In this document: positions 29,038 to 38,972 of the stretch, piece by piece | Layout of the letters: each line of letters starts with the position of its first letter | Position numbering within the stretch: the stretch's first letter is position 1 | Assembly: GCA_035450225.1 (NCBI GenBank) | Contig: DAOTMJ010000004.1 | Span: 92,578-156,577 of the forward strand | DNA length: 64,000 nucleotides | From: Candidatus Hydrogenedentota bacterium | GTDB taxonomy: Bacteria > Hydrogenedentota > Hydrogenedentia > Hydrogenedentales > SLHB01 | Direction of reading: 5' to 3' | The notes under the pieces: generated by a model | What the model was told of the DNA's origin: nothing | Databases searched by the model: none | Seen by the model: only the letters and a program-made list of their open reading frames with translations | Program-made: the position numbers and the translations under genes

Positions 29038-29688
29038 ATGGAAAAACACGCGGCGGTCCAATACATTTTGGACCAGTGCATCATTGCGGTGGTGCGGGCG
29101 GATTCGGGCGGCGACGATTTGGTGCGGGTGGTCGAGGCGATTGCGGCGGGGGGCGTCCATTGCATCGAAGTCACCATGACGACGCCGGGCGCGTTGAAGT
29201 GTATCGAGGCGGCGGCAACCAAACTGGCCGGCGCCGATGTGTTATTGGGGGTGGGCACGGTGCTCGATGCCGAAACCTGCCGGATGGCCATCCTGGCCGG
29301 CGCGGAATACGTCGTTTCCCCGACCCTGTCGGCGGAAACGATTCGGATGGCCCGGCGGTACGGTGTTCCGATGATTGCCGGCGCGTACACGCCGACCGAG
29401 ATCCTCGCGGCGTGGGAACAGGGCGCCGATTTCGTGAAAGTGTTTCCGGCGAGCATCGGCGGCCCGGATTACATCAAGGCCGTCAAGGCGCCGCTGCCGC
29501 AGATTCCCTTGGTGCCGACGGGCGGTGTCGAACTCGAAAACATCGGCGCATTCCTCAAGGCAGGCGCGTCGGCCCTTGCGGTCGGCGGCAATCTGGTGAC
29601 GAAAAAGATGCTGGCCAATCGTGATTTCGCGGGCATGACGGAAAACGCGAAAAAGTTCGCCGGGGCCGTGCTTGCGGCCCGCGGGTGA
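29038..29688 (+). CDS. eda: 2-dehydro-3-deoxyphosphogluconate / 4-hydroxy-2-oxoglutarate aldolase
   Basis: IIAVVR, GGVHCIEVT, VGTVLD, PTGGV, and KVFPA blocks of KDPG aldolase. Confidence 0.9.
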   Translation: MEKHAAVQYILDQCIIAVVRADSGGDDLVRVVEAIAAGGVHCIEVTMTTPGALKCIEAAATKLAGADVLLGVGTVLDAETCRMAILAGAEYVVSPTLSAETIRMARRYGVPMIAGAYTPTEILAAWEQGADFVKVFPASIGGPDYIKAVKAPLPQIPLVPTGGVELENIGAFLKAGASALAVGGNLVTKKMLANRDFAGMTENAKKFAGAVLAARG

Positions 29689-29743
29689 CGCCCCGTGACC
29701 TTGCCCGTTTTTTTTGTTCCATAGTGTCGTTGGAGTATCGCGC

Positions 29744-30172
29744 ATGCAGATTGAAACGGTCGAACAACGCTGCCTGACCTACCTTCAGCAGGTATCGAAT
29801 CCCATCGTTCCGCTTTCACGCCTGCTCGCGTATCTGCGGCAATTTCCCGACTGTCGAGACGTGGATGAGGGCGATTTGACCGATTTTCTGGCCAAACACG
29901 AACTTTTTCGCGTGTTCAATCCATTGCCGGTGGACCCCCATCAGGCGCGCGCGCTGGGCATTTCGACGGATCGCCGCGTCATATTGACGACGCGGGTGCC
30001 GACGCGCGCCGAAGCCCGCGCATCCATGAACGAAATGCTCGATTCCCTGGGACGGGCGCTCGGAACGGCCCTTCGCGAGGCCAATGAACGAGACGATGAC
30101 GAACTCCGCCGCAAGGCCGAACACCTGATGCGCCGCATCGAAAAAATCCGGGCGGATCTCGCGGTGCAATAG
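29744..30172 (+). CDS. Hypothetical protein
   Basis: Start trimmed to MQIETVEQR, with GGAG 8 nt upstream. No recognised domain. Confidence 0.45.
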   Translation: MQIETVEQRCLTYLQQVSNPIVPLSRLLAYLRQFPDCRDVDEGDLTDFLAKHELFRVFNPLPVDPHQARALGISTDRRVILTTRVPTRAEARASMNEMLDSLGRALGTALREANERDDDELRRKAEHLMRRIEKIRADLAVQ

Positions 30173-30259
30173 CAAAGCCCGCACGGCGCGCCGCCGTAGG
30201 TATAAACGCCATGACGAAAAACATCGCACGACGGCGTGTGTCTCTGCTACGATATTTTC

Positions 30260-31018
30260 ATGAAACGGATACTGGCATTTTGCGGGCGTGACTGGCGGGA
30301 TCCGAAAGCCGGCGATCCCGAACGGTATATGCACGAGGTGTTGCGGCGCATCGCCGCGCAGGGGCATTACATCGTGTGGGTTTGCCCCAGTTACCGGACC
30401 GGTCTGGGGTGGAGCCGCCGCCCGGCGTCGCTCGAGGTGCTGGACGGCATCCAGGTGGCGCGCTTGGGCGCGCGGTTTCTGTACCGGACGATGGCAGGCA
30501 TGTTTCTGTCGCGATTGCGCGAGCGATCGCAAACTGCGGCGCCCTTCGACGCCATTCTGGATTGCGTGATCCGGCGTCCGCTCGATTTGACGGACAAGAC
30601 GGACACGCCGATCATTCCCGTGGTATTCGGCCTGTCGCCGCGCCTGCGCGCGGACACCCAGCCGCCCGGTCCCGTCATTGCGGCGTCGCATGAGGCGCGC
30701 GAAGCCTTGCGGCGATCAGGGCTTCCGGAAAAATTCATTGTGACGGCGCCGTTTGGTTCGGAGGCGTGTATGGGCGACCTCAAGGACACCGCTGGTGTGT
30801 GGGCCGCGGATCCTTCCCGGCCGACCGCCGGAATGACCGGCGCCATTCGCCGCCTGTTTACGTACGGCCGTTTGCGAAAGAAACAGGCGGTGGATCGCGG
30901 CCACACGAGCACGCAGACGTGGGACGCCACGGCCGGTCTTGTGTTGGCCACGATAGAAAACCTGGAGGCGCCGGTTGCGAAAGAGCCGCGCCGCCGGCAA
31001 TTGATGCCGGTGCCGTAA
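30260..31018 (+). CDS. Glycosyltransferase family 4-like protein, N-terminal domain intact but catalytic domain degenerate or truncated
   Basis: MKRILAFCGRDWRDPKAGDPERYMHEVLRRIAAQGHYIVWVC resembles Glyco_trans_4-like_N. Only about 250 aa remain. No frameshifted continuation was found in other frames. Confidence 0.35.
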   Translation: MKRILAFCGRDWRDPKAGDPERYMHEVLRRIAAQGHYIVWVCPSYRTGLGWSRRPASLEVLDGIQVARLGARFLYRTMAGMFLSRLRERSQTAAPFDAILDCVIRRPLDLTDKTDTPIIPVVFGLSPRLRADTQPPGPVIAASHEAREALRRSGLPEKFIVTAPFGSEACMGDLKDTAGVWAADPSRPTAGMTGAIRRLFTYGRLRKKQAVDRGHTSTQTWDATAGLVLATIENLEAPVAKEPRRRQLMPVP

Positions 31019-31063
31019 CGAGGAAAGACACGGGCGGGACAATCCGCCGAAAGGGAGCGCATC

Positions 31064-32476
31064 ATGCACTATTGGCTGGCGTTGGGAGTGATGGGCATGG
31101 CCGTGTCGGCGGCTTCCGCGGGAGTTGCGGCAGAAATCGCGAAGGATCGCATGCTGGTGGTGGACGGGAAACGGACCTTTGTGCTCGGCATTTACGAAAA
31201 CCCGGCCGACGACGCGATCATGCGTCAGATTGCCGACGCGGGATTCAACCTGATTCAAACGCCCGCCAAAGCAGAGGCTCTCGATCGGGCCGCGTCCTTT
31301 GGCCTGCATGCGTGGATCAACACCGGCGCCAGCATTGATTTCAGCGTGGACCGCAAGGCGCGTGAAAAGGCGCTGGAAGGGCTTGTCGCGGACTACGCGG
31401 GACATCCGGCGCTGCTGGCATGGGAAGTCCCCGACGAGGCGCTGTGGAATTGCTGGTACGGCGCGATGCAGTGGCGGCACGATCAGGAACCGGCCCAGCA
31501 GCGGGCACGGATTGATGCGCTGCAGGATACCGCTCTAAAGGAACGGCTGCGCGGCATGCAGGCCGATTCGAAACGGCTTTTCTCCAGGGGCGCGATTGCC
31601 GCCTCGGAACGGATGGCCGACGAAATCTGGCGCATGCTGGGCGTCGAACCGCCAAATCCCGAACTCAATATTTCCAACGCCCAGGAACGTTCCGAAATGA
31701 TGTGCAAAGGCATGATCGAAGGCTACCATCGCCTGAAAGGGCTGGACGCGAAACACCCGGTATGGATGAATCATGCGCCGCGCAACAGCATCGAACAACT
31801 TGCGGCGTTCAACCGGGGCGCGGATATCGTGGGCTGCGATATCTACCCGGTTCCGGCCTACCGCACCGGCCATTCGGACCTGATGGAACGATCGATCGCG
31901 GCCGTCGGCGCCTACACGGATCGCATGCAGGATGCGGCGCCGGGCAAGCCTGTCTGGATGGTGCTGCAGGGGTTTGCGTGGTCCGACCTGGAGAAAAATC
32001 CCACGCCGAAATCCATCGAGGAGATGCGCGTTCCGACGTTCGCCGAGTCGCGCTTCATGGCATACGATGCAATCGTCCACGGCGCGCGGGGAATCCTCTA
32101 TTGGGGCACGGCCTATACGAAACGCGACGGGACGCTCTGGGCGGACCTCTTGAAGCTCGTGCGCGAACTGGCCGATTTGCAGCCCGTGCTTTCGGCGCCG
32201 GACGGGCGGATGCGGCTTCGCGTCGAACGGGCGCCCACATGGGGTTCGGGGGACCGCACGGTCCGGGTGCTGCCCAAGGCCGCCGGACGCGAAGTATGGC
32301 TGATCGTGGTCAACGAATCGCTGGAACCCATGACCTATACCGTGTCCGGCCTTAGCGGCCTCGACGGCACGCGATACCACGATCCGCAGGACGATCGCGA
32401 GGCGGTGGTGAAAAACGGTTCCCTTTCGTTGGACATTTCCCCGCAAAGCGTGCAGGTGCTGCGGCCCGAAGCGTGA
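31064..32476 (+). CDS. Secreted TIM-barrel glycoside-hydrolase-like protein (GH5/GH42-like, family uncertain)
   Basis: Signal peptide, (beta/alpha)8-like alternation, and conserved NH/E-containing blocks (WMNHAP, MVLQGFAW). Confidence 0.5.
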   Translation: MHYWLALGVMGMAVSAASAGVAAEIAKDRMLVVDGKRTFVLGIYENPADDAIMRQIADAGFNLIQTPAKAEALDRAASFGLHAWINTGASIDFSVDRKAREKALEGLVADYAGHPALLAWEVPDEALWNCWYGAMQWRHDQEPAQQRARIDALQDTALKERLRGMQADSKRLFSRGAIAASERMADEIWRMLGVEPPNPELNISNAQERSEMMCKGMIEGYHRLKGLDAKHPVWMNHAPRNSIEQLAAFNRGADIVGCDIYPVPAYRTGHSDLMERSIAAVGAYTDRMQDAAPGKPVWMVLQGFAWSDLEKNPTPKSIEEMRVPTFAESRFMAYDAIVHGARGILYWGTAYTKRDGTLWADLLKLVRELADLQPVLSAPDGRMRLRVERAPTWGSGDRTVRVLPKAAGREVWLIVVNESLEPMTYTVSGLSGLDGTRYHDPQDDREAVVKNGSLSLDISPQSVQVLRPEA

Positions 32477-32492
32477 ACGTTCGGAGGCGCCC

Positions 32493-33902
32493 ATGGAAAC
32501 GATGAGCGTATTTTGGGATCTTTTGAACAAATGGCTCGAATGGCCGATTCTGTGGGTATGCTATTGGCTTGATTGGCCGATGCCGTCCAAAGAATGGCTT
32601 ACGGCCTACAAACTGGGACTCGCCGGTCTTTTTGTTCTGATTCTCGCGGCCCTTTTTCTGGAATTGCGCCACCGATGGATTCATCGCACATGGAAGCGTA
32701 GTTTTTCGGCCGACGACCGCATCGAAAAACCGGAGAAAATCCCCGCGCATATCGCGGCGCTCGAAGCCGCGCACGATGTCGAACGCGTGGTTGAACCGCT
32801 CAAGAAAGCCAAGGCCTACGACCGGGTCGCCGAAGTGTACGCGTCCGTGAACCAGCCGCGCGAGGCGGCGGCATGGTACGAGAAGGCGGGCGACCGGCGT
32901 GCGGCCGCGCAACAATGGGCCTTGGCGGGCGAAACGCAAAAGGCGGCCGCGATTTTGCTGAAGGAGGGGGATTACGCGACGGCGGCGCGCTTCTTCGAGG
33001 AATTGCGGCAGTATGCCGACGCGGCGTCCGCGTATGAAAAGGCGGGCGACATGGCCCGCGCGGCCGGCGCCCATGCACGCGCGGGCAAGACTGATCGCGC
33101 GGCTCAATTGTTCGAGCAATGTTTCAAGTCGTCCACGCCGGACATGCCGACAGTGGAAGCCTGTTATGCATGGCTGCAATCCGAGACGACCCTGAATGCC
33201 TTGGATGCGGACCGGCGCAACGGCCTGATGGCGGCGCTGGCGCCGTGTTTCGAATCGGCAGGACGCAACGAAACCGCCGCCCAACTGTACCGGGCCGCGG
33301 GACAATCCGCCAAGGCGGGCGAACTTTTCGCGCAAGCCGGCCTTTTCCAGGAAGCGGCGCGCTGCCTTCAGGACGCGGGCTGCCTACCCGAAGCGCGCCG
33401 GATGCTTGCGCGACATTACGAAACCATCGGGCGATGGGAAGACGCGGCCAAGGCCTATGCGGCCCTTGGCGAACACCACGCCGCCGCCGCTGCGTTTGCA
33501 AAGGCCGGCAACAAGGCGGCCGCCGCCGCTTCCCATGAAAAAGCGGGCGAATTCTATCCGGCCGCCGTCGCGTATGCCGCCGTCGGCGACTGGCCGGCAA
33601 CCGCGCGCGCGGCCGCCAAGGTCGGCGGCGACGATCCCAAGTCGGATGCGGCGCGGGCGCTGCTCGGACAGGCCTTGTTTGAATTGAAAGATTATGCGCG
33701 ATCGGCCCAGGTGCTTGAAGAACTGCTGACGGGCAAATGGATTGACGCCGACAACGTGGCGCTGATGTACGCGCTGGGCGTCGCGTGGGAATCCGCCGGC
33801 CATCTTGAAAAAGCCCGCGAGGCGTATCGGAAAGTCGGCATGTTCAACCCGATGTACAAGGACATCGCCGAGCGTCTCAAACGAAGCGACAAACCGGAGT
33901 AA
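32493..33902 (+). CDS. Membrane-anchored TPR-like repeat protein
   Basis: N-terminal TM segment, then more than 8 degenerate repeats of the form AxxAYEKAGDxxxAA. Confidence 0.6.
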   Translation: METMSVFWDLLNKWLEWPILWVCYWLDWPMPSKEWLTAYKLGLAGLFVLILAALFLELRHRWIHRTWKRSFSADDRIEKPEKIPAHIAALEAAHDVERVVEPLKKAKAYDRVAEVYASVNQPREAAAWYEKAGDRRAAAQQWALAGETQKAAAILLKEGDYATAARFFEELRQYADAASAYEKAGDMARAAGAHARAGKTDRAAQLFEQCFKSSTPDMPTVEACYAWLQSETTLNALDADRRNGLMAALAPCFESAGRNETAAQLYRAAGQSAKAGELFAQAGLFQEAARCLQDAGCLPEARRMLARHYETIGRWEDAAKAYAALGEHHAAAAAFAKAGNKAAAAASHEKAGEFYPAAVAYAAVGDWPATARAAAKVGGDDPKSDAARALLGQALFELKDYARSAQVLEELLTGKWIDADNVALMYALGVAWESAGHLEKAREAYRKVGMFNPMYKDIAERLKRSDKPE

Positions 33903-33942
33903 GGCGGGTTCCGCCTGAACGGCAAGAACCCGGTTCGACAAG

Positions 33943-35598
33943 ATGACTTTACTGGCCTTTTCCATATGGCTCGTTGGCCTTGGATTCAGCGGGGAGGAAG
34001 TTTCGATGCAACTGTTCGCAACGGCCAATCAGGTGTGCGAGATAACGTTCACAAGCAGCGCCCGGTACGACGATCCCTACAATGAAATTGAAATGGAGGG
34101 CGTGTTCCACCACCCGGACGGGCGGACTTTCAAGATTCCCGCGTTTTGGCGCGGGGGAGGCCGTTGGGCGATTCGTTTCAGTCCGCCGGATGTTGGCGAG
34201 TATACATTCGAGACGAAATGCTCACGTGCTGCCGATCGCGGCCTGCACGGCGTTTCGGGGAAATTGGCCGTTGGCGCGTACACCGGCGAAAACCCGTTGT
34301 ACCGTCACGGGCGGCTGCGCGTCGCCGCCGACAAACGCCATTTCGAACACGCCGACGGTACGCCGTTCTTCTGGATGGGCGACACGTGGTGGATGGGACT
34401 GTCGCAACGGCTCGACTGGCCGAACGGATTTCAGATGCTGGCCGCCGACCGCGTCGCAAAAGGTTTCAACGTCGTCCAGATCATCGCGGGACCTTATCCC
34501 GACATGGACGCGTGGGACGCGCGCGGGCGAAACGAGGCGGGGTTTCCGTTCGCCGCCGATTTCGCGCGCGTGAATCCGGCCTACTTCGACATGGCCGATC
34601 TCAAAATCGCCCATCTGGCCGACACCGGCCTCATGCCGTGCATCGTCGGAATGTGGGGTTACTACATGCCCCGGATCGGCGAGGAACGGATCAAACGCTA
34701 CTGGCGCTATCTTGTGGCGCGATATGGCGCGTATCCCGTCGCGTGGTGCATCTGCGGCGAAGGGACAATGGCCTACTACCTATCGAAAACGCCCAAGGAA
34801 GACGCCGCCGCGCAGAAAACCGGATGGACGCATGTGATGGCCTATGTCCGCGAAATTGACGGCCACCATAATCTCATTTCGATTCATCCGACCCAGTATG
34901 GACGCGAACAAGTCGAGGACCCGGCCTTGATGGATTTCGAGATGTTGCAGACCGGCCACGGCGATCTCGACAGCGTCGCCCCGACCGCCGAAACGGTCAT
35001 TGCCGCCATGGGGCGGACGCCCGCGATGCCCGTGGTCAATTCCGAGGTTAATTACGAAGGCATTCTGGGCCGCTGCTGGCAGAACGTCCAGCGCCTGTGC
35101 TTTTACGTGTCCGCGCTCAACGGCGTCGCGGGCTACACCTACGGCGCGAACGGCATCTGGCAGATGAGCACGCGCGAGAACCCGTACGGGCCGTCGCCGC
35201 ACGGGCGCTGTTGGGGCAACACGCCGTGGCGGGATGCGATGCTCCTTCCCGGCGGGAAACAGGCGGCGTGGGGCGCATCCTTCATGCGCCGTTTTCCGTG
35301 GTGGGAAATGGAACGTCGTCCCGAATGGGTCGAGCCGGCATGGAAACGCGAGAACCCCTACACCTGCACCGCCGCCGGCATTCCCGGAAAACTCCGCGTC
35401 ATCTACACCCCGATGGCATGGGATCCGCCACTCGTCAAGGGGCTTGAACCCGGCGTGGCTTATCGGGCCTACTACGCCGACCCCTGCACCGGCACGGATC
35501 ATCCCATCGGCGACGTCACACCCGACGCGGAAGGCAACTGGCGCCCGCCCATCCCGCCGGAAGTGCATGATTGGCTATTGGTTCTCACCGCCACGTAA
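33943..35598 (+). CDS. GH140-like (DUF4038/DUF5060) glycoside hydrolase family protein
   Basis: TPFFWMGDTWW and downstream blocks typical of DUF4038 (apiosidase family GH140). Confidence 0.6.
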   Translation: MTLLAFSIWLVGLGFSGEEVSMQLFATANQVCEITFTSSARYDDPYNEIEMEGVFHHPDGRTFKIPAFWRGGGRWAIRFSPPDVGEYTFETKCSRAADRGLHGVSGKLAVGAYTGENPLYRHGRLRVAADKRHFEHADGTPFFWMGDTWWMGLSQRLDWPNGFQMLAADRVAKGFNVVQIIAGPYPDMDAWDARGRNEAGFPFAADFARVNPAYFDMADLKIAHLADTGLMPCIVGMWGYYMPRIGEERIKRYWRYLVARYGAYPVAWCICGEGTMAYYLSKTPKEDAAAQKTGWTHVMAYVREIDGHHNLISIHPTQYGREQVEDPALMDFEMLQTGHGDLDSVAPTAETVIAAMGRTPAMPVVNSEVNYEGILGRCWQNVQRLCFYVSALNGVAGYTYGANGIWQMSTRENPYGPSPHGRCWGNTPWRDAMLLPGGKQAAWGASFMRRFPWWEMERRPEWVEPAWKRENPYTCTAAGIPGKLRVIYTPMAWDPPLVKGLEPGVAYRAYYADPCTGTDHPIGDVTPDAEGNWRPPIPPEVHDWLLVLTAT

Positions 35599-35858
35599 AC
35601 CGTTGGCGATTAAAACGTCCATGGGAAAAGGACACAAAGAACGTCAAGGACATTTATCCGGCGGGTGAAGTCCTTTTTGGCGTTGAGTGTCTTGTCCCGG
35701 ATTCAGCCCTTCCGGCAACTCCCGATTCTATCCTCGACGGGGAGTAAATCGGCGTTGCGCTTCTTTGGAAGGCATGGGAAGTTGACAGACACGAGGGGCG
35801 TGGGATAGGCTGGCAACCAAGGCGGGCCTGTGGACGTTCCGCCGGGAGAAAACAATAC

Positions 35859-36284
35859 ATGGCATCGGCAAAATATTTGTTGGTCGTGGCGCTGGCGGCC
35901 TTATGCTGCGGCTGTTCCACGGTCGGCCGTTATCCCCAATTGCTCGAACCGGCGATGACCCCCCCGGAACTCAAGGCGGGCGAGACGGCCGTGATTACCG
36001 TGCGCGTTTCGGACCGGCACAACATCATTCACCGCGTCGAAGGCGTGGTACGCGAGGATCCCGCGGTGAAACTGAAACTGCGTGACGACGGCAAGGCGCC
36101 CGATGAAAAGGCGGGCGACGGCGTTTGGTCGCTTCAGGTGGATGCGCCGTTTCAGGCGCCTGCGGGCCAGTACCATGTTGATCTGACCGCTTACCGACAG
36201 GACGGTTCACCGGTTCCCATGCGCAAGGATGGACAAAAACAGCCGTTGACCGCAACCATCCCGGTCGCCATTCTCAATCCCTGA
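35859..36284 (+). CDS. Lipoprotein, hypothetical
   Basis: Lipobox LAALCCGC-S with no recognised domain. A TTGACA hexamer lies about 70 nt upstream. Confidence 0.55.
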   Translation: MASAKYLLVVALAALCCGCSTVGRYPQLLEPAMTPPELKAGETAVITVRVSDRHNIIHRVEGVVREDPAVKLKLRDDGKAPDEKAGDGVWSLQVDAPFQAPAGQYHVDLTAYRQDGSPVPMRKDGQKQPLTATIPVAILNP

Positions 36285-36313
36285 ACCAACGAACGGAGCG
36301 CATTGACCCATCC

Positions 36314-37579
36314 ATGAACACGATTGGCTTTCTTGCCGTTCTTGCCGGCGCCTTTGCGGCGCCGAACGTGGTGCTGTTGTCCGTGGACACGTTGCGCGCG
36401 GATTACTTGGGTTGCTACGGGTATCCGCATCCCTCGTCGCCAGTCTTGGACGCCTTTGCAACAGAAGGGTTGCTGTTCGAGGACTGCGTGTGCGAGGTGC
36501 CGCTGACGCTTCCCTCGTTCGGCTGCATGTTTTCCGGCTTGTATCCCCGGACGACCGGCACAACCAAAAACGGCTTGCGAATGCCCGAAACGAAACCGCT
36601 TATCACCGAAGTATTCAAAAAGGCGGGCTATCAGACGTTTTGCGTTCAAAGCAATTGGCCCCTGAAAGGCCGCCTGTCGGGTCTCGATCGCGGTTTCGAC
36701 GTCTACAACGACGAGTTCGAGCAGAAACGCTGGGGATTCATGCTCGGCGAACGCAACGCCGAACAGGTCACCGCAGCCGGCCTGGAGATACTCGGCCAGC
36801 GCGATCCGGCCAAGCCCTTTTTCCTGTGGATCCACTATTCGGATCCGCACGCGCCCTATGAAATGCACAAGAAATTCAACGTGCTGGGCCAATCGCCCGG
36901 CAGTCTCGAACCGCGCGAGCGTGTACGCGCGAAGTATGCCTCGGAAGTGGCCTTTACCGATTACCACATCGGACGTTTCCTTGCCGCGCTGCCCGGCGAG
37001 AACACCTTCGTCATGTTTGTGGCGGATCACGGCGAGAGCCTATTCGAGCACAACTATCTTGGCCATGGACGGCGCATCTTTCAGACCAACCTGCACGTGC
37101 CGTTTATTTTGCGCGGCCCCGGCATCGCGCCGGGCCGGTCGAAATCGCCGGTCTGCGTGCTCGACGTCGCGCCGACGCTGCTGGGTATGGGAGGATTTTC
37201 GCCCCTGCCCGGCATGGAAGGCCGGAACGTGCTCCTTGATCCCCCCGGTCCCTCCACGGTTCGCCATGTCGAAACCTACGGCGGCGCGGTACCCCGGCTG
37301 CCGTTGCTAAGGGCGTTGTTGCGCAACCGTGGTCCCCAGAAACGCGGCATCATCCACGAAGGCTGGAAGTTGATTATCGGCGGCGGCGCCCATTTGTTCT
37401 ATCTGCCCGAAGACCCGAAAGAGTCAAGCAACCTGGCCCGCAAACACCCCGAACGTGTGGCCGCCCTTCGCAAAATGATCGATCAATGGGACAAGGCGCA
37501 TCCCCGCGGCAAAGCCTGCGAATCCAAACTCTCCGCCGAGGACGTGGAAGCCCTACGGGGCCTTGGCTATTTGTATTGA
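36314..37579 (+). CDS. Sulfatase-family (alkaline phosphatase superfamily) hydrolase/transferase, non-canonical active-site motif
   Basis: LLSVDTLRADYLGCYG and downstream metal-binding blocks of PF00884. The canonical C/S-x-P-x-R is absent (CEVPLTLPS), suggesting a Thr/Ser-nucleophile subtype. Confidence 0.7.
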   Translation: MNTIGFLAVLAGAFAAPNVVLLSVDTLRADYLGCYGYPHPSSPVLDAFATEGLLFEDCVCEVPLTLPSFGCMFSGLYPRTTGTTKNGLRMPETKPLITEVFKKAGYQTFCVQSNWPLKGRLSGLDRGFDVYNDEFEQKRWGFMLGERNAEQVTAAGLEILGQRDPAKPFFLWIHYSDPHAPYEMHKKFNVLGQSPGSLEPRERVRAKYASEVAFTDYHIGRFLAALPGENTFVMFVADHGESLFEHNYLGHGRRIFQTNLHVPFILRGPGIAPGRSKSPVCVLDVAPTLLGMGGFSPLPGMEGRNVLLDPPGPSTVRHVETYGGAVPRLPLLRALLRNRGPQKRGIIHEGWKLIIGGGAHLFYLPEDPKESSNLARKHPERVAALRKMIDQWDKAHPRGKACESKLSAEDVEALRGLGYLY

Positions 37580-38431
37580 CGCGGCGGACAAGTACGTCTC
37601 CGGATTCACCGCGACGCCTTCCCGGCGAACCTCGAAGTGGACATGCGGGCCCGTGGCCCGTCCCGTGCTGCCCACCTTCGCAATGCGGGTCGTTTCCGTA
37701 ACCCGGTCGCCTTTGCGCACGAGATTTTTCTGATTGTGCGCATAAAGCGTCTGCACGCCGTCCGCATGCTGCACGATGACCGTGTTGCCGTACCCGGCCT
37801 GCCAACCGCTGAAGACAACCCGGCCCGGTTCAGCCGGATGAATTGCCGTACCCGCCTGGGCCGTCAAATCAATGCCCGCGTGCCATTCGCGTGCGCCCGT
37901 GAACGGATCGGAGCGCATTCCGTAACCGGATGAAACCTGCAAAGGCCCGTCCAGAATCGCCTTTACGGATCGGATCGGCGCGGAGGCCGTCCGGCGCTCT
38001 ACCAGCGATTGGATCAACGCGGTCAATTCGTCGCTCGGCGGCGCTTGTACTTTCGCGGGTGCGGCCCGCACGGCCACCGGCAAAGGCGGCGCCGCATTCA
38101 GCGGCGACAGATCGAGTTTCTGGCCGATGGCTATGCGGTTTGCATCGGCAAGGCGATTGGCATGGGCCACTTTACGGACCGCCTCGCCTATGTCCTGTTG
38201 GGACGGATTCATGCCTTGTTGCCGCAATGCCCTGCTGCAAATGGCCGACAAGGTGTCGCCCGCCCTGACCGTGTATTCGCCAAGGGGGGGCTTGTTCGAG
38301 GAATCCGGCGCCTGCATGCGATCCAAAAGGTCTTGGAATGTCGTCGAGGAGGAACGCAGGGCCGTTGCGGGCGAAAACGCCGTTACCGGACGCCGGTAGT
38401 CCGTCCCGATGGCCGACACGTGTGCCGTCAT
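37553..38431 (-). CDS. LysM domain-containing M23 family metallopeptidase
   Basis: LysM region YTVRAGDTLSAIC…IAIGQKL. M23 motifs HAGIDL and GSTGRATGPHVHFEV. Start trimmed to MTAHV. Confidence 0.85.
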   Translation of the reverse strand: MTAHVSAIGTDYRRPVTAFSPATALRSSSTTFQDLLDRMQAPDSSNKPPLGEYTVRAGDTLSAICSRALRQQGMNPSQQDIGEAVRKVAHANRLADANRIAIGQKLDLSPLNAAPPLPVAVRAAPAKVQAPPSDELTALIQSLVERRTASAPIRSVKAILDGPLQVSSGYGMRSDPFTGAREWHAGIDLTAQAGTAIHPAEPGRVVFSGWQAGYGNTVIVQHADGVQTLYAHNQKNLVRKGDRVTETTRIAKVGSTGRATGPHVHFEVRREGVAVNPETYLSAASIQIAKAP

Positions 38432-38709
38432 TTGCCCATGGCCCTCCCGATGCAATTGCCCGGAAAGCGCAACCGGCGTGCCACTGGGAAAAGGCAACTC
38501 TAACACATTGAAATAAAAAGGCTTGTCTCTCTACCCGTATTCGCGATATCGCGACAAGGTAGGAAGAAACTGCCGCAACGCGGACGATATAGACTTTATG
38601 GACGTGGAAAGTTATTCGCCTTTCGGGAGAAGTCCACGGGATCCACAACGCCCACCTTGTCCACAGCGAAAGATACGCGCTCGACCGCCAATGGGCCGGT
38701 GCGAAAGGT

Positions 38710-38874
38710 TTATTCGGTGTCCGGCGCCGCAGTTGCCTTGTTGCGTGGCCAAAGCGCCACAACCGACAGGAATATCATCACGAATCCCCACAGTTCCTGA
38801 TACAGTTTTTCCGGCGTCTGAGCCGAATACGAAGGAACCGGACGCCCCGGCTTGGTCACCATACCAATATGCAT
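38710..38874 (-). CDS. Small single-TM protein (54 aa), not in the ORF track
   Basis: ATG preceded by GGAGGA at 7 nt. Translation MHIGMVTKPGRPVPSYSAQTPEKLYQELWGFVMIFLSVVALWPRNKATAAPDTE, with one TM helix. Sits between flhG and the M23 peptidase gene on the same strand. Confidence 0.35.
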   Translation of the reverse strand: MHIGMVTKPGRPVPSYSAQTPEKLYQELWGFVMIFLSVVALWPRNKATAAPDTE

Positions 38875-38972
38875 AAGACGTTCCTCCAATTCCGCGATAA
38901 TTCAACCAAGCGCATTATAGCAGCATCCTGAAAAGTCTACAACACACACACGCGGCGGATGGAGTTTCCGCG

